A stretch of DNA of 64,000 bases from assembly GCA_002376875.1 (NCBI GenBank), contig DFOT01000002.1, forward strand, positions 185,653 through 249,652. Reading direction: 5' to 3'. The translations under genes were made by a program, and so were the position numbers. Below are positions 1 to 10,293 of this stretch, one piece after another. The notes below the pieces were generated by a model. The model searched no databases. It saw only the letters and a program-made list of their open reading frames with translations, and had not been told where the DNA came from. The stretch comes from Opitutia bacterium UBA3534 (GTDB lineage Bacteria > Verrucomicrobiota > Verrucomicrobiia > Opitutales > UBA3534). Every line of letters starts with the position of its first letter. Position 1 is the stretch's first letter.

Positions 1-2
1 TT

Positions 3-254
3 TTAGGCTAAACGGTCATCATAAGCCTTTTGTAAACTTAACCAAAAACCCTGACTTGTCCCTAAAACTTCAGATAAGCAAAAATCTAGCTTTTGAGTGA
101 TAGGTAAATGCCCATCTATAAGCTTCTGTATCTGATCTAAGGGAACCCCTGTCTTTTTACTCAAACTCTCTCTGCTAATAGACAAAGGAGCCAGAAACTC
201 TTCTATTAGAGTTTCTCCAGGATGAGGGAAAGGGATATGCCTAGGGGTATTCAT
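3..254 (-). CDS. higA: HigA-family antitoxin / XRE-type HTH DNA-binding protein
   Basis: Complete 83-aa ORF. HPGETLIEEFL, the HTH segment (SLSKKTGVPLDQIQKLIDG) and GTSQGFWLSLQKAYD fit the canonical HigA/VapI antidote pattern. Recognised from memory; no search run. Confidence 0.8.
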   Translation of the reverse strand: MNTPRHIPFPHPGETLIEEFLAPLSISRESLSKKTGVPLDQIQKLIDGHLPITQKLDFCLSEVLGTSQGFWLSLQKAYDDRLA

Positions 255-266
255 TAGTTACTTTTA

Positions 267-1217
267 TTATCCTTCAACTGTCTCGGGCAGCTCTGCTAAA
301 ATAGCGTCTTCATCGCTAAAGTCTGCGTCATCACTGGCTTGCTCGCGCTTGGAGCGCTTTGCATCCTGCCAGACTACAAAAAGCGTACTGGGGATGATGA
401 TCGCTGCCCCTAAGAGGGTTGCTACCTTAGGGATCTCTCCAAAGACAAAGAACCCGGTAGCCGCTGCAAGCATCAGCTCCACATAGCGGAAAGGCGCCAA
501 GGCTGAAGCATCTGTATTAGAAAATGCTTTAAGCAAGCAGTAGAGCAATAAATTAGCCCCACAACCCAAGCAAAAGAAAATACCTAACTCAAGCAGGCTG
601 GGTGTCTTCCAGACAGCAATAGCAGGCACTAAGCCGATAAGTGTCGTGAAGAGTGCAGTATAGAAAAGCATCGCTAGCATAGACTCTTTGACAACGAACT
701 TCTTATTAAAGACATCAAGCGTTGCAAACATCGCTGCAGAAAGAAGCAACAGCATTGTCTGTGGGTTAAAGTCTACATGGGTAGGCTCTAGGACTACAAT
801 AACGCCAACAAAACCGACAATAGTCGCAATCCAACGGGCCGCGCCCACACGCTCACTCAGGAAGAACATCGCCAGCACAAGCGTAAATAGTGGGATTGTA
901 AAGTTCAGCGTGGTTACCACGGTCATGGGGGCAATCACGAGCCCATAGCAGAAAAGTGCGATCCCGCCGAAGAGTAACCCACCCCGGAAAACGTGCATCC
1001 CTAAGCGGCTTGTGTAAAAGGCATCCTTGCCGTAATAGAGCATGAAAGGCAATAAAGAGAGTGTCCCAAATAAGAAACGTAAGAAAGTAATCTGTACACT
1101 GTGCAGTTCCTGCCCTAAATGCTTGGTAAGTGCATCATTAGAGATGCCAATGACCAAGCTCAGCACAAACCAAGCAATACCTACAAAATAACGATTAGAC
1201 TTAGGACTAGTACTCAT
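267..1217 (-). CDS. EamA/DMT-superfamily permease
   Basis: 316 aa with about ten hydrophobic helices in two similar halves, which is the EamA/RhaT layout. Acidic C-terminal tail. Confidence 0.8.
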   Translation of the reverse strand: MSTSPKSNRYFVGIAWFVLSLVIGISNDALTKHLGQELHSVQITFLRFLFGTLSLLPFMLYYGKDAFYTSRLGMHVFRGGLLFGGIALFCYGLVIAPMTVVTTLNFTIPLFTLVLAMFFLSERVGAARWIATIVGFVGVIVVLEPTHVDFNPQTMLLLLSAAMFATLDVFNKKFVVKESMLAMLFYTALFTTLIGLVPAIAVWKTPSLLELGIFFCLGCGANLLLYCLLKAFSNTDASALAPFRYVELMLAAATGFFVFGEIPKVATLLGAAIIIPSTLFVVWQDAKRSKREQASDDADFSDEDAILAELPETVEG

Positions 1218-1264
1218 AATTTGAGTACTAATATCGTGATATTCCTTTATTTAGCAAGAAGAAA

Positions 1265-2905
1265 CTATTTCCTTTTCCCGCGGGCAATCTCTTCAGCTTT
1301 TTTATACTGCTTACGGAAGTGCTTCGTTAGGCGGGTGTGTAAGCCAATCTCTTCCAGCGGATTACCACCACGTAAGGTCTGCTCGATAAAGCCACTCGCC
1401 TCGTCATAGTTGATCCGAGAGAAATCACGCAGTACCTTAAGCGCTTCTTGCTCATCCTCTATGCGCCCTTCTTTTCGGGCCCGGAGGATTTCATGCCAGG
1501 CAGAAACGAGTTCTTTATGCGTATCTACAAACGCAGTCTTTACAATAAACCCAAAGGCGCGGAAGACCGGCTCGATCCACTCTGGGTGGTGGGCAAAAGC
1601 CTTAGCGTTCTCGTAGGGATTTAGGCCTGGATCTGCCCGATAAGGAATAATGGACTCATCATTATAAAAAGTTTTGATGATAGGCGTACAACGCAATGTA
1701 GAGTCCTGAGGGCCTCCAGGAGTGCCACCACGCAAGCCCCATAGCTGCTGTCCAGGCATGGTCATCACAAATTCAACAAACATCAAGGCAACCTCACGGT
1801 TCGGGGCCCCTCTCAATAAAGCAATTGCTGCAGGGGAAATAGAAGAACCGCCTTTAGGCATAATATAACCAAAGCGGTTTCCGCCTGTGCGCTCCTTCAA
1901 GTTCTCCTCTTGGAATCGCCCGTAGAAGTCAATCGCCATCCCTAAGGCACAAGCCCCACTAGAAACATCAAGAATAGACTTTGAAGAGGTATCCCCGAAA
2001 TAACGCCCATTAGCCGCAATCTTTTGACACAAGAGCATCGCGCGCTCCCACCCTTCTTTGACGGCGCGCTCTTCGCGCTCTTCACGGTCCAGACCTTTGA
2101 GTTCTTTATAGCGCAGGTGCATCTGTTGCTCGATAATGACCTCAAAGATTTTATTAATCGAAGAGCTCTTACTCGGGTCTGCTAAGGCCACAAGGCCTAA
2201 TACGCGTTCATCAGCTAAATCAGTCCAATCGTCGGGGTCCTTCTCGAACCCAAGTTCTCTTAAAACATCTCGGTTAAAAATAATCCCAAAGCTTGATACA
2301 TCTGAAGCTAACCAACGCCCTTCTTCATCCCACAAGCGGTTGCCCCCTAAGATCTCTGGCATCCCCGATTCTGTAAACCATTTCGGGGGGTTATCTCCGA
2401 CAATGCCTAAAGGCATGAGCTGCCCCTTCTCGGCTTGTTTATCAATTTCGTAGGTACCTCCACCAAAGAATACATCGACCCCAGAGCTTACCTCAGAGTC
2501 TAAGAATGCTCGGCGTGCTGCCTGAGGGACGCTGTCATCTGCAGGGTCCTCAGGTAAAACGATCTTTGAGTTATGAAACGCTGCCTGAACCTTGTGTGTC
2601 CATGGGCGCCCTAAATCATTTTCCCAGTAGTTACGGAAAGAGTTCAGGTACATGTTGTCGATGTACTGAACCGCCTCAGGTGTTCCACCCGGGACACGCC
2701 AGTCCAGGCTGATCGTACGGCCTGTGCGCTCTTGGTACCACTCCCGGAAAGCAAATGAAAACTCACGGCGAATCGCCTCAGTATGAGCAGTAATAATGAC
2801 TAGCTTATCATCTGCATCATCCACCCAAGAAGCTTCTTTACGAAAGATCAAAGGCAGGGCAATGATCGCAATGATCAGCGCTAGGATACCTATTTTTTTA
2901 TTCAT
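1265..2905 (-). CDS. ABC transporter solute-binding protein (membrane-anchored, family 1-like)
   Basis: 546 aa. An N-terminal anchor (ILALIIAIIALPLIF) is followed by a periplasmic-binding-protein-like sequence. Its ATG shares 1 nt with the stop of the upstream ABC ATPase (TAATG). Confidence 0.7.
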   Translation of the reverse strand: MNKKIGILALIIAIIALPLIFRKEASWVDDADDKLVIITAHTEAIRREFSFAFREWYQERTGRTISLDWRVPGGTPEAVQYIDNMYLNSFRNYWENDLGRPWTHKVQAAFHNSKIVLPEDPADDSVPQAARRAFLDSEVSSGVDVFFGGGTYEIDKQAEKGQLMPLGIVGDNPPKWFTESGMPEILGGNRLWDEEGRWLASDVSSFGIIFNRDVLRELGFEKDPDDWTDLADERVLGLVALADPSKSSSINKIFEVIIEQQMHLRYKELKGLDREEREERAVKEGWERAMLLCQKIAANGRYFGDTSSKSILDVSSGACALGMAIDFYGRFQEENLKERTGGNRFGYIMPKGGSSISPAAIALLRGAPNREVALMFVEFVMTMPGQQLWGLRGGTPGGPQDSTLRCTPIIKTFYNDESIIPYRADPGLNPYENAKAFAHHPEWIEPVFRAFGFIVKTAFVDTHKELVSAWHEILRARKEGRIEDEQEALKVLRDFSRINYDEASGFIEQTLRGGNPLEEIGLHTRLTKHFRKQYKKAEEIARGKRK

Positions 2906-3975
2906 TATTGAGAGAGGACAACGACATCTTCCACTTCAGTGAATGCGTAGAGGTCTTTTTGCTCGTGCTTTTCGAGGTGACGTGGGTTCAGCTCAGACAT
3001 TTTAAGCTTAATCCCGTTTTTAAAGAAAGCGTAGTGGGCAACTTCCCCATAATAAACAGCTCTACCAATTTCACCAAGGAAGCAGTTTTCCTCAGCTGGA
3101 GCGCTGTCAAACTTCCAACACTCAGGTCGAATAGAAAGCGTCACGGCATCGCCATCAGCAGGAACCTTATCAGGCTCAGGCAGAACCCCCCTAAACTCAC
3201 CAAGCTCTGTCTTGACCAAAGCCTCGCCTGCTCCCGTACGGATAACCGTACCAGGGATGAAATTCGTCGTGCCGATGAAATCTGCTACAAATTGTGAGCG
3301 TGGGCGTGTGTAAACCTCCTGCGGAGTACCGATTTGCTCAACTTGTCCGCCAGACATAATTGCAATGCGGTCTGCAATAGATAGTGCCTCTTTCTGATCA
3401 TGGGTGACATAAATAGCAGTGAGCTCGTGCTCCTTACAAATACGGCGGATCTCCTTACGCATATCGTAGCGCAAGCGAGCATCCAGGTTTGAGAGAGGCT
3501 CGTCCAGCAGTAAGCACCGTGGACGTACTACTAAAGCACGGGCCAAAGCTACTCGTTGCTGCTGCCCCCCAGAAAGCTCGTTGGGCTTGCGGTCTGCGTA
3601 GCCGTCCATCTGGACTGAAGCCAAGGCCTCCTCTACGCTTACCTCAATATTCGGGCGAGACATCCGTTGTTGCTTAAGCCCAAATGCTACGTTTTCAGCC
3701 ACCGTCATGTGAGGCCAAAGCGCGTAACTTTGAAAAACCATTCCCGCCTTTCTGCGGTGTGGAGCCTTGCGTGTTACATCCTTATCCCCAAAGAAGATCT
3801 TCCCTGAGTTTGGCTTGTAAAACCCTGCTAGGCAACGAAGTAGCGTTGTTTTACCACACCCACTAGGCCCAAGCAGGAAGAAGAGCTCCCCAGGCTCTAC
3901 TGTGATGTCGATTTCGTTCAAAGCGACCATAGGGCCGAACTTTTTAACTAGTTTTTGGATCCGTACAGCGATCAT
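2905..3975 (-). CDS. ABC transporter ATP-binding protein (PotA/FbpC/MalK type with TOBE-like C-terminus)
   Basis: Walker A GPSGCGKTT, signature LSGGQQQRV, Walker B LLLDEPLS, H-loop VTHD. About 120-aa C-terminal regulatory extension. Confidence 0.9.
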   Translation of the reverse strand: MIAVRIQKLVKKFGPMVALNEIDITVEPGELFFLLGPSGCGKTTLLRCLAGFYKPNSGKIFFGDKDVTRKAPHRRKAGMVFQSYALWPHMTVAENVAFGLKQQRMSRPNIEVSVEEALASVQMDGYADRKPNELSGGQQQRVALARALVVRPRCLLLDEPLSNLDARLRYDMRKEIRRICKEHELTAIYVTHDQKEALSIADRIAIMSGGQVEQIGTPQEVYTRPRSQFVADFIGTTNFIPGTVIRTGAGEALVKTELGEFRGVLPEPDKVPADGDAVTLSIRPECWKFDSAPAEENCFLGEIGRAVYYGEVAHYAFFKNGIKLKMSELNPRHLEKHEQKDLYAFTEVEDVVVLSQ

Positions 3976-4081
3976 GAAGACTCAAAAGATAATACTTAGG
4001 GCCTTCATGTCAAAAGTTTTAACTAGGTTTTAAAAGAATATTTGCCATCGGCCAAAAGGACTGCTTCTGTTGTAAACTCCT

Positions 4082-4630
4082 ATGTTACGTGATCTTAGCG
4101 AAATCTTACTCACCGAAGAGCAAATTCAGGCCCGTGTCCAAGAGCTCGGGACTACTATTACCCAGGCATGTGAAGACCTCCAGACCGAGGAATTAACAGT
4201 GATTTGCGTCACTAGCGGGTCAATCCTCTTCACGGCGGACCTCATCCGTCAAATCCAGCTACATGTACGGCTGGACTGCATCCAAGTCTCGAGCTATCAA
4301 AATAAGACCCATGCCGTAACAGAGCCCCAGATCCTCAGCAAGCTGAAGCTGGATATCCCTGGGCGCCACGTCCTTCTGGTGGATGACATCCTCGACACCG
4401 GCAAGACCCTCAAGGCCTTAATGAAGCTCCTTAATAAGGAAAACCCTGCTTCTTTACGCACCTGTGTGCTACTCAACAAACAAGAACGCCGAGAAGTCGA
4501 TATCACCGCAGACCTCATCGGGTTCGAAATCCCGAACGAATTTGTAGTGGGCTACGGTCTAGACTTTGCCGAGCGCTACCGCAACCTCCCCTATATTGGC
4601 ATTCTTAAGAAGGAGCTTCAGGGGAGTTAA
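4082..4630 (+). CDS. hpt: hypoxanthine phosphoribosyltransferase
   Basis: 182 aa. PRPP loop VLLVDDILDTGKTL and VVGYGLDFAERYRNLPYIG are typical of Hpt. Confidence 0.88.
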   Translation: MLRDLSEILLTEEQIQARVQELGTTITQACEDLQTEELTVICVTSGSILFTADLIRQIQLHVRLDCIQVSSYQNKTHAVTEPQILSKLKLDIPGRHVLLVDDILDTGKTLKALMKLLNKENPASLRTCVLLNKQERREVDITADLIGFEIPNEFVVGYGLDFAERYRNLPYIGILKKELQGS

Positions 4631-4908
4631 TCCTCGTCGTCCCCTATCCCTAACTCTTTTCTTACCTCAGGGTGTTGTTCGAGTTCGTCCTGGAACTCGT
4701 CTACGCTGAAGTCTGAGACGATAAATTCGCCATATTCGAAGGTAGGGACGTAGCCCTGTTCGCTCACTTCTACCATGCGGTCCATGTTTTGCTTAGAAGC
4801 CTCAACATCTCGTACATCTAACTCAATACCGTGTTGAGAAAAGAATGCCATTGCCTCGCGGCACCAAGGGCAACTTCTGCGGATGTAAAGTGTGGGCTTC
4901 TTTTTCAT
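4627..4908 (-). CDS. glutaredoxin-like protein
   Basis: 93 aa. CPWC redox motif after a beta-strand (LYIRRSCPWCREA), a VPTF cis-Pro region, acidic tail. Confidence 0.7.
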   Translation of the reverse strand: MKKKPTLYIRRSCPWCREAMAFFSQHGIELDVRDVEASKQNMDRMVEVSEQGYVPTFEYGEFIVSDFSVDEFQDELEQHPEVRKELGIGDDED

Positions 4909-5000
4909 GATAAGACAATTGTAAAAAAGCAGGCCCCTTCTTTCAAGGATAATTTCGGGTTTACTCCTATCCCACTGATTTTGTAGGATTGTAATTTATC

Positions 5001-7820
5001 GTGAGTGTTTCGCATATACACATCAAAGGAGCCCGAGAGCACAATCTAAAGAACCTGGAGCTTAAAATCCCACGTAACCAACTCGTGGTGATTACGGGCG
5101 TTAGCGGGTCCGGCAAGTCGTCTCTGGCTTTTGACACACTGTATGCCGAAGGGTACCGCAAATATATGGATAGCCTTTCGACGCGCGCACGGCAGCTCCT
5201 AGAATCAATCAAACACCCAGAGCTTGATTTTGTACACGGCCTCTCCCCGGTCATTGCCATTGAGCAACGCGGTAGTAAGGCCTCTAACCCACGTAACACC
5301 GTTGCGAGTGTCAGTGAGATTGCTGATTATGCCCGCCTGTTGTGGGCTATCAAAGGAACCGCTTATTGCCCTAAAGACGGAGGGTTAATTGAAAAGCGTT
5401 CTTTGGATGATTGCCTGGATCACCTTTTTAAAACCGCACAGGGGCAACGCCTTATTTTACTAGCCCCCTACCTCACTGCCTCGGCTGCCTTAATCCGTGA
5501 AGAACTCCCTAGACTACTACAACAAGGCTTCCAACGTGTACGTATTGATGGCAAACTTTATGAACTTGCCGAGAAGATCCCTAATTTTCGAAAGAAGCAA
5601 ATCCAGCTAGACCTTGTCATCGATCGCCTCATTGTTAAAGAAAGTGAACGCTCTCGTCTGGCTGACTCTCTAGAGCTTGCTTTTCGTGAAGGGAAAGACC
5701 GTGCTATTGCGCTTATTCAAAAAGACAAAGACAGCCCTTTTAAAGAAATCCCCCTCACTCAAAATCTAGCCTGTAACAAATGTGGGACACCTTATGAGCC
5801 CCTAACCTCTAGGCACTTTTCCTATAATCACCCAGAAGGCGCTTGTGAAAACTGCTCCGGAGTGGGAGAAACCTTACAGTTTTTGCCCGAGCTTGTAATC
5901 CCAGATCCAAGCTTGTCTGTCAAAGCGGGCGCCGTGAAAGCATGGCGCATGGGGTCAAAGAATATGATCATTCGGCGCAATGCCCTCTTGCGTCAGTTGG
6001 CCGAACAACTTCCTTTCGACATTAATACTCCCTGGGAAGAGCTCCCCAAGAAAACGCGTGATGCTCTCCTTTATGGAACAGGGGATCGGCTCTTCAAACT
6101 CCGAGTGTCACGCTACCGTGCAGAAATGCGGCCCTTCCCTGGGATTCTTACAGACTTAGCCACGATCTTCCCCAAGCTTTCAAGCGAACTGCTTAAGGCA
6201 CGCTTAATGGCTTTTCAAACAAGCTCAGTCTGTACAACTTGTCAGGGAAAGCGGCTTAACGCCCAAAGTCAGGCAGTCCTACTGAATAAGATGAGCCTAA
6301 GTGACTTCATGCATTTACCGTTGGATGAGGCCCATGCCTTCACTGCAAAGCTTGTAAAACAAAAACAATATGCTGATGTTTCTGATGCGACTGCAGGCCT
6401 CCACCAACGAATTCACTTTCTGAATGAAGTAGGCCTTAGTTACTTAACCTGCGACCGCCAGTACGCAACCCTTTCCGGAGGGGAAGCCCAACGCGTACGC
6501 TTGGCCTCACAACTAGGGATGGGGTTAGTGGGGGTCCTTTACGTACTTGATGAACCTAGCATTGGCCTACACCCCCATGACCACGGCAAGCTCGTTAAGA
6601 GCCTCATCAAACTCCGTGAGCGCGGGAATAGTGTAGTGATTGTTGAGCATGATGAGGCTACCATGAACGAGGCTGACTACCTTATCGAATTAGGCCCTGG
6701 GGCTGGCCATAAAGGTGGAGAAATCACCTTCGAAGGGACACCCAAACAATGCAAGCGCAGCAAGACATCTTTAACAGGGGCCTACCTAAGCAAAGAACGC
6801 TGTGTAGAAAAAAATGCCAAAACGCTCAGCGCAACACAACGCACCTTCACAATCCGTGGCGCAAGCGAACACAACCTGCGCAATCTTGATGTTGAATTTC
6901 CCGTAGGGCTGCTGACCTGTGTTTGTGGGGTCTCAGGCTCCGGGAAAAGTACTTTAATTAATGATATCCTAGCAAAAGCAGCTGCCTTTAAACTCAATCG
7001 AGCTAAAACAATCCCGGGCAAACATAAAAAAATTGAAGGACTAGACCACTTTGATAAAGTAATCCGTGTAGACCAAGAGCCTATCGGTCGTACCCCACGC
7101 TCTAACCCAGCAACCTTTGTTAAACTCTTTGATCCTTTGCGTACGCTCTTTTCAAAATGCCCTCTCTCAAAGGTCCGTGGTTACAAACCTGGGCGATTTA
7201 GTTTTAATATGCGCGGGGGGCGCTGCGAGCGTTGCCAAGGAGATGGGGTCATCGCTCTAGACATGCTCTTTTTGGGTGATGTTTACTCCGAATGCCCGAG
7301 CTGCAATGGGAAGCGCTATAACCGTGAAACCCTCGAAGTACGCTTCAAAGGCCATAATATTGCAGATGTCTTAGAAATGACCGTAGACGAAGCTGCAGAA
7401 ATTTTTAACAACCAACCTGCTATTTTTGAAAAGCTTAAAACACTCCAGGCTGTGGGACTTGGCTACCTCAAGCTTGGCCAAAGCTCGACAACCTTATCCG
7501 GAGGGGAAGCACAACGGATTAAACTCTCTCTAGAGCTCAGTAAACGTTCTTCAGGAAAAACACTCTACCTCCTAGATGAACCCACAACAGGCCTACACTG
7601 GGAAGATATCCAAAAATTGCTCGACTTACTTTTCAGGCTGCGTGATGCCGGTAATACGCTCATTATCATAGAACACCACACTGATGTGATCCGCCTAGCA
7701 GATCACTTAATCGAACTTGGCCCTGGGGGCGGTAAAGAAGGCGGACAACTCGTTTATAATGGCCCTGCAAAGAAGATCAAAAACTGCAAAAAGTCATTGA
7801 CTGGAAAATCTCTACAATAG
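5001..7820 (+). CDS. uvrA: excinuclease ABC subunit A
   Basis: 939 aa with a GTG start. [11 protein letters not shown] opening, two ABC modules ([17 protein letters not shown] twice), Cys-x2-Cys zinc modules. Confidence 0.97.
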   Translation: MSVSHIHIKGAREHNLKNLELKIPRNQLVVITGVSGSGKSSLAFDTLYAEGYRKYMDSLSTRARQLLESIKHPELDFVHGLSPVIAIEQRGSKASNPRNTVASVSEIADYARLLWAIKGTAYCPKDGGLIEKRSLDDCLDHLFKTAQGQRLILLAPYLTASAALIREELPRLLQQGFQRVRIDGKLYELAEKIPNFRKKQIQLDLVIDRLIVKESERSRLADSLELAFREGKDRAIALIQKDKDSPFKEIPLTQNLACNKCGTPYEPLTSRHFSYNHPEGACENCSGVGETLQFLPELVIPDPSLSVKAGAVKAWRMGSKNMIIRRNALLRQLAEQLPFDINTPWEELPKKTRDALLYGTGDRLFKLRVSRYRAEMRPFPGILTDLATIFPKLSSELLKARLMAFQTSSVCTTCQGKRLNAQSQAVLLNKMSLSDFMHLPLDEAHAFTAKLVKQKQYADVSDATAGLHQRIHFLNEVGLSYLTCDRQYATLSGGEAQRVRLASQLGMGLVGVLYVLDEPSIGLHPHDHGKLVKSLIKLRERGNSVVIVEHDEATMNEADYLIELGPGAGHKGGEITFEGTPKQCKRSKTSLTGAYLSKERCVEKNAKTLSATQRTFTIRGASEHNLRNLDVEFPVGLLTCVCGVSGSGKSTLINDILAKAAAFKLNRAKTIPGKHKKIEGLDHFDKVIRVDQEPIGRTPRSNPATFVKLFDPLRTLFSKCPLSKVRGYKPGRFSFNMRGGRCERCQGDGVIALDMLFLGDVYSECPSCNGKRYNRETLEVRFKGHNIADVLEMTVDEAAEIFNNQPAIFEKLKTLQAVGLGYLKLGQSSTTLSGGEAQRIKLSLELSKRSSGKTLYLLDEPTTGLHWEDIQKLLDLLFRLRDAGNTLIIIEHHTDVIRLADHLIELGPGGGKEGGQLVYNGPAKKIKNCKKSLTGKSLQ

Positions 7821-7894
7821 GTATTTGATTTCTTTTTATACTTTAAAACTAACGTATTTTTGATTAGTCTAGATAGGTACATTACTGCCCTGCT

Positions 7895-9133
7895 ATGAGT
7901 GACGAAAAAACACGTATTCTTTTTGTTGATGATGAACCCAATATCCTTCAAGGACTTAAGCGTATGCTCCGTAGTATGCGCAACGAGTGGGAGCTCGAAT
8001 TTTCCTCTGACCCTAAAGAGGCAATCACTTGGCTAGATAAAGAACCCTGTGATGTTGTCGTCTCAGACATGCGTATGCCTGGGATCGATGGCTGCTCATT
8101 ACTCGAGCATGTAAAAGACAATCACCCCCATATTATCCGTATTATTCTTTCTGGCTATTCTGATCAGGAGCTTGCAATGCGCTCCACAAACATTGCGCAC
8201 CAATTTTTAAGTAAGCCAAGCAATCTCGAAGGAATTAAAGGAGCAGTAGAACGCTCTATAAAACTTAAAAGCTACATAAATAATGATGCCCTCTCAGAAA
8301 TTGTTGCTGAAGTCTCTCAACTCCCTACTCCTCCTTCTTTATATAATAAAGTTACCTCAATGCTTAGCAATGAGAATTGTGCTCTAGAAGATTTAGGTAC
8401 AGTCATTAAAACAGACCCCAGCATGACTAGCAAAATACTCAAGCTGGTAAATTCCTCTTTCTTCGGCAATTCATCAGACATAAGCTCTGTGGATGAAGCT
8501 CTAGCTGTCCTAGGGATCAATACGATCAAAACACTAATTCTGACAGTCAGTATCTTTTCAGGTGAAGACCGAACCCAAAAAGAAGAAGCAAAACTAGATG
8601 CACTCCTTGAGCACTGCGCGCTAACGTCGAATCTATGCGAAGCCTTAGCAGGGCATCTCAAGCAGCCGCGTAAAGAAATTGAGACTGCATCAATAACTGG
8701 CCTACTACATGATATTGGGAAAATTATTTTCGAAACACAGGTCCCCAAAGATTATCATGAAATCGTTCAAAAAAGCTTAGATGCTCAGATACCTTTATTT
8801 GAGGCCGAATATGAAGCCCTCCAAACCTCTCATGCAGAAATGGGGGCCTATTTAATTGGCCTTTGGGGGTTACCCAATAATATAGTTGAACCTATTGCAT
8901 TCCATCATTCACCTAAGAATTGTTCCGTACAAGAAATCAATGGCCTCACAATTCTACATTTTGCAAATGTTGCTGCGAGTAAGCTAAAGCCTAATGACCT
9001 CCTCGGGGTCGAACAAGATTACGATCTTGAATACCTCAAGAGTGCGGGATTAAGCGAGGAAGACATCAAAACCTGGGAAGCTTTGTGCCAAGAGACCTTC
9101 GAAGAGAGCTTAAATCAACAAACAGCCTCTTAA
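7895..9133 (+). CDS. response regulator, REC + HDOD domains
   Basis: REC (ILFVDDEPNIL ... VVSDMRMPGIDG ... FLSKP) followed by an HDOD signature (LPTPPSLYNKV ... DPSMTSKILKLVNSSFFG ... LLHDIGK). Confidence 0.8.
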   Translation: MSDEKTRILFVDDEPNILQGLKRMLRSMRNEWELEFSSDPKEAITWLDKEPCDVVVSDMRMPGIDGCSLLEHVKDNHPHIIRIILSGYSDQELAMRSTNIAHQFLSKPSNLEGIKGAVERSIKLKSYINNDALSEIVAEVSQLPTPPSLYNKVTSMLSNENCALEDLGTVIKTDPSMTSKILKLVNSSFFGNSSDISSVDEALAVLGINTIKTLILTVSIFSGEDRTQKEEAKLDALLEHCALTSNLCEALAGHLKQPRKEIETASITGLLHDIGKIIFETQVPKDYHEIVQKSLDAQIPLFEAEYEALQTSHAEMGAYLIGLWGLPNNIVEPIAFHHSPKNCSVQEINGLTILHFANVAASKLKPNDLLGVEQDYDLEYLKSAGLSEEDIKTWEALCQETFEESLNQQTAS

Positions 9134-10293
9134 GTACTCGCAGGCATTAACTCTCGAGGGATTTTCATCGAGAGATTGGCGGGCACCTTACCTTGTTGCT
9201 TAAAGTTCATAATCCGTTTGCGGATCGTCTCGTTAATCAAGCAGCCTTTAGGCACCAAAAGCATATCTCCATCTACCATTAAGTCTTCAGCAAGCACCAT
9301 CCCGCTCAAAATATCTTTAACAGGAATACTTTTCAAAAGCATATCCTGGTGCTGAACCTTGAGTTCGGGGATCAAGCTTACAATTTTAGCAGCGTAAATT
9401 TTAGGCTTTGCAGAAAGTTTTTTCATAGCGTCTTCCCTTGAAAGCCCTTGAGACATACACAGATCAAACCCTTCCACGACAGTAAGGATAGCTCCACCTA
9501 GAGTCAGCGGGTCTTTATTATTCAGCTTTTCTTCATCTACAGGCTTTTTCTGAGAGCCAATGATATCTGCAATTAACCCCAAGCGCGGGATCTTACTGAT
9601 GAGTTTTTTAGCAGTCTCAGGGTGTTCATCGAACATCACTTGCTCATGGGGCCCCAATTGTTTTCCTGCACTATAATCTCTTAAAATCGCTTCGGGCAAA
9701 GTAATACAACCAATATAAGAGAGCAAGGAGGCAATCTTGAGCCTCCACATATCCGGAAAACCTAAACGTTCGCCTAGGGCACATGCATACTCACTTACTC
9801 GTTCCGCTCGGCTAAAAGCAAAGGGGTTCGCTAGGGCGAGAATATCACATAAAACATGGACACTACCCATCAGGGTTTTTTCCAAGAGCTCTTGCTCTGC
9901 CTGGATAAGGCTGTATTGCTCTAGGCCACCTTTACAGGCCAACAATAAATCTTCCTTACCACATGGTTTATTTAAAAAGCGAAAAACATTCCCTTGATTA
10001 ATCGCCTGCATCGTTGTCTCTTGGTCAACATTACCCGTTAACATGATACGCACTGTCTTGGGGGCAATCTCAGCGACTTCTTTTAAAAACTCTGCACCAT
10101 TTTTACCTGGCATTTGCATGTCCGAAAACACAACAGCAAATGGGCCATCATTTTTTATAGCCTCCAACCCTTTGTCAGGCCCTTCAGCTGTAATGACATT
10201 GTAGGCTCCTCGCAAATTACGCTTAATACTCGTTAAAAGATTAGGCTCATCATCTACAAACAGGATCTTTTCTTGGCTCTTTTCTTCTTCCAT
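9130..10293 (-). CDS. response regulator, REC + degenerate HD-GYP-like domain + C-terminal small beta domain
   Basis: REC (ILFVDDEPNLL ... VFSDMQMPGKNG ... FLNKP). The HD-GYP-like scaffold has LLSYIGCITLPEAIL where LHDIGK(I)xIP is expected, and no HHE/GYP. Confidence 0.7.
   Translation of the reverse strand: MEEEKSQEKILFVDDEPNLLTSIKRNLRGAYNVITAEGPDKGLEAIKNDGPFAVVFSDMQMPGKNGAEFLKEVAEIAPKTVRIMLTGNVDQETTMQAINQGNVFRFLNKPCGKEDLLLACKGGLEQYSLIQAEQELLEKTLMGSVHVLCDILALANPFAFSRAERVSEYACALGERLGFPDMWRLKIASLLSYIGCITLPEAILRDYSAGKQLGPHEQVMFDEHPETAKKLISKIPRLGLIADIIGSQKKPVDEEKLNNKDPLTLGGAILTVVEGFDLCMSQGLSREDAMKKLSAKPKIYAAKIVSLIPELKVQHQDMLLKSIPVKDILSGMVLAEDLMVDGDMLLVPKGCLINETIRKRIMNFKQQGKVPANLSMKIPRELMPAST

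Noticed and set aside
255-266. Looked for a HigB toxin ORF upstream of higA
   Set aside because: Only 12 nt separate higA from the preceding gene, so no ORF can fit. This is reported as an orphan-antitoxin observation instead.
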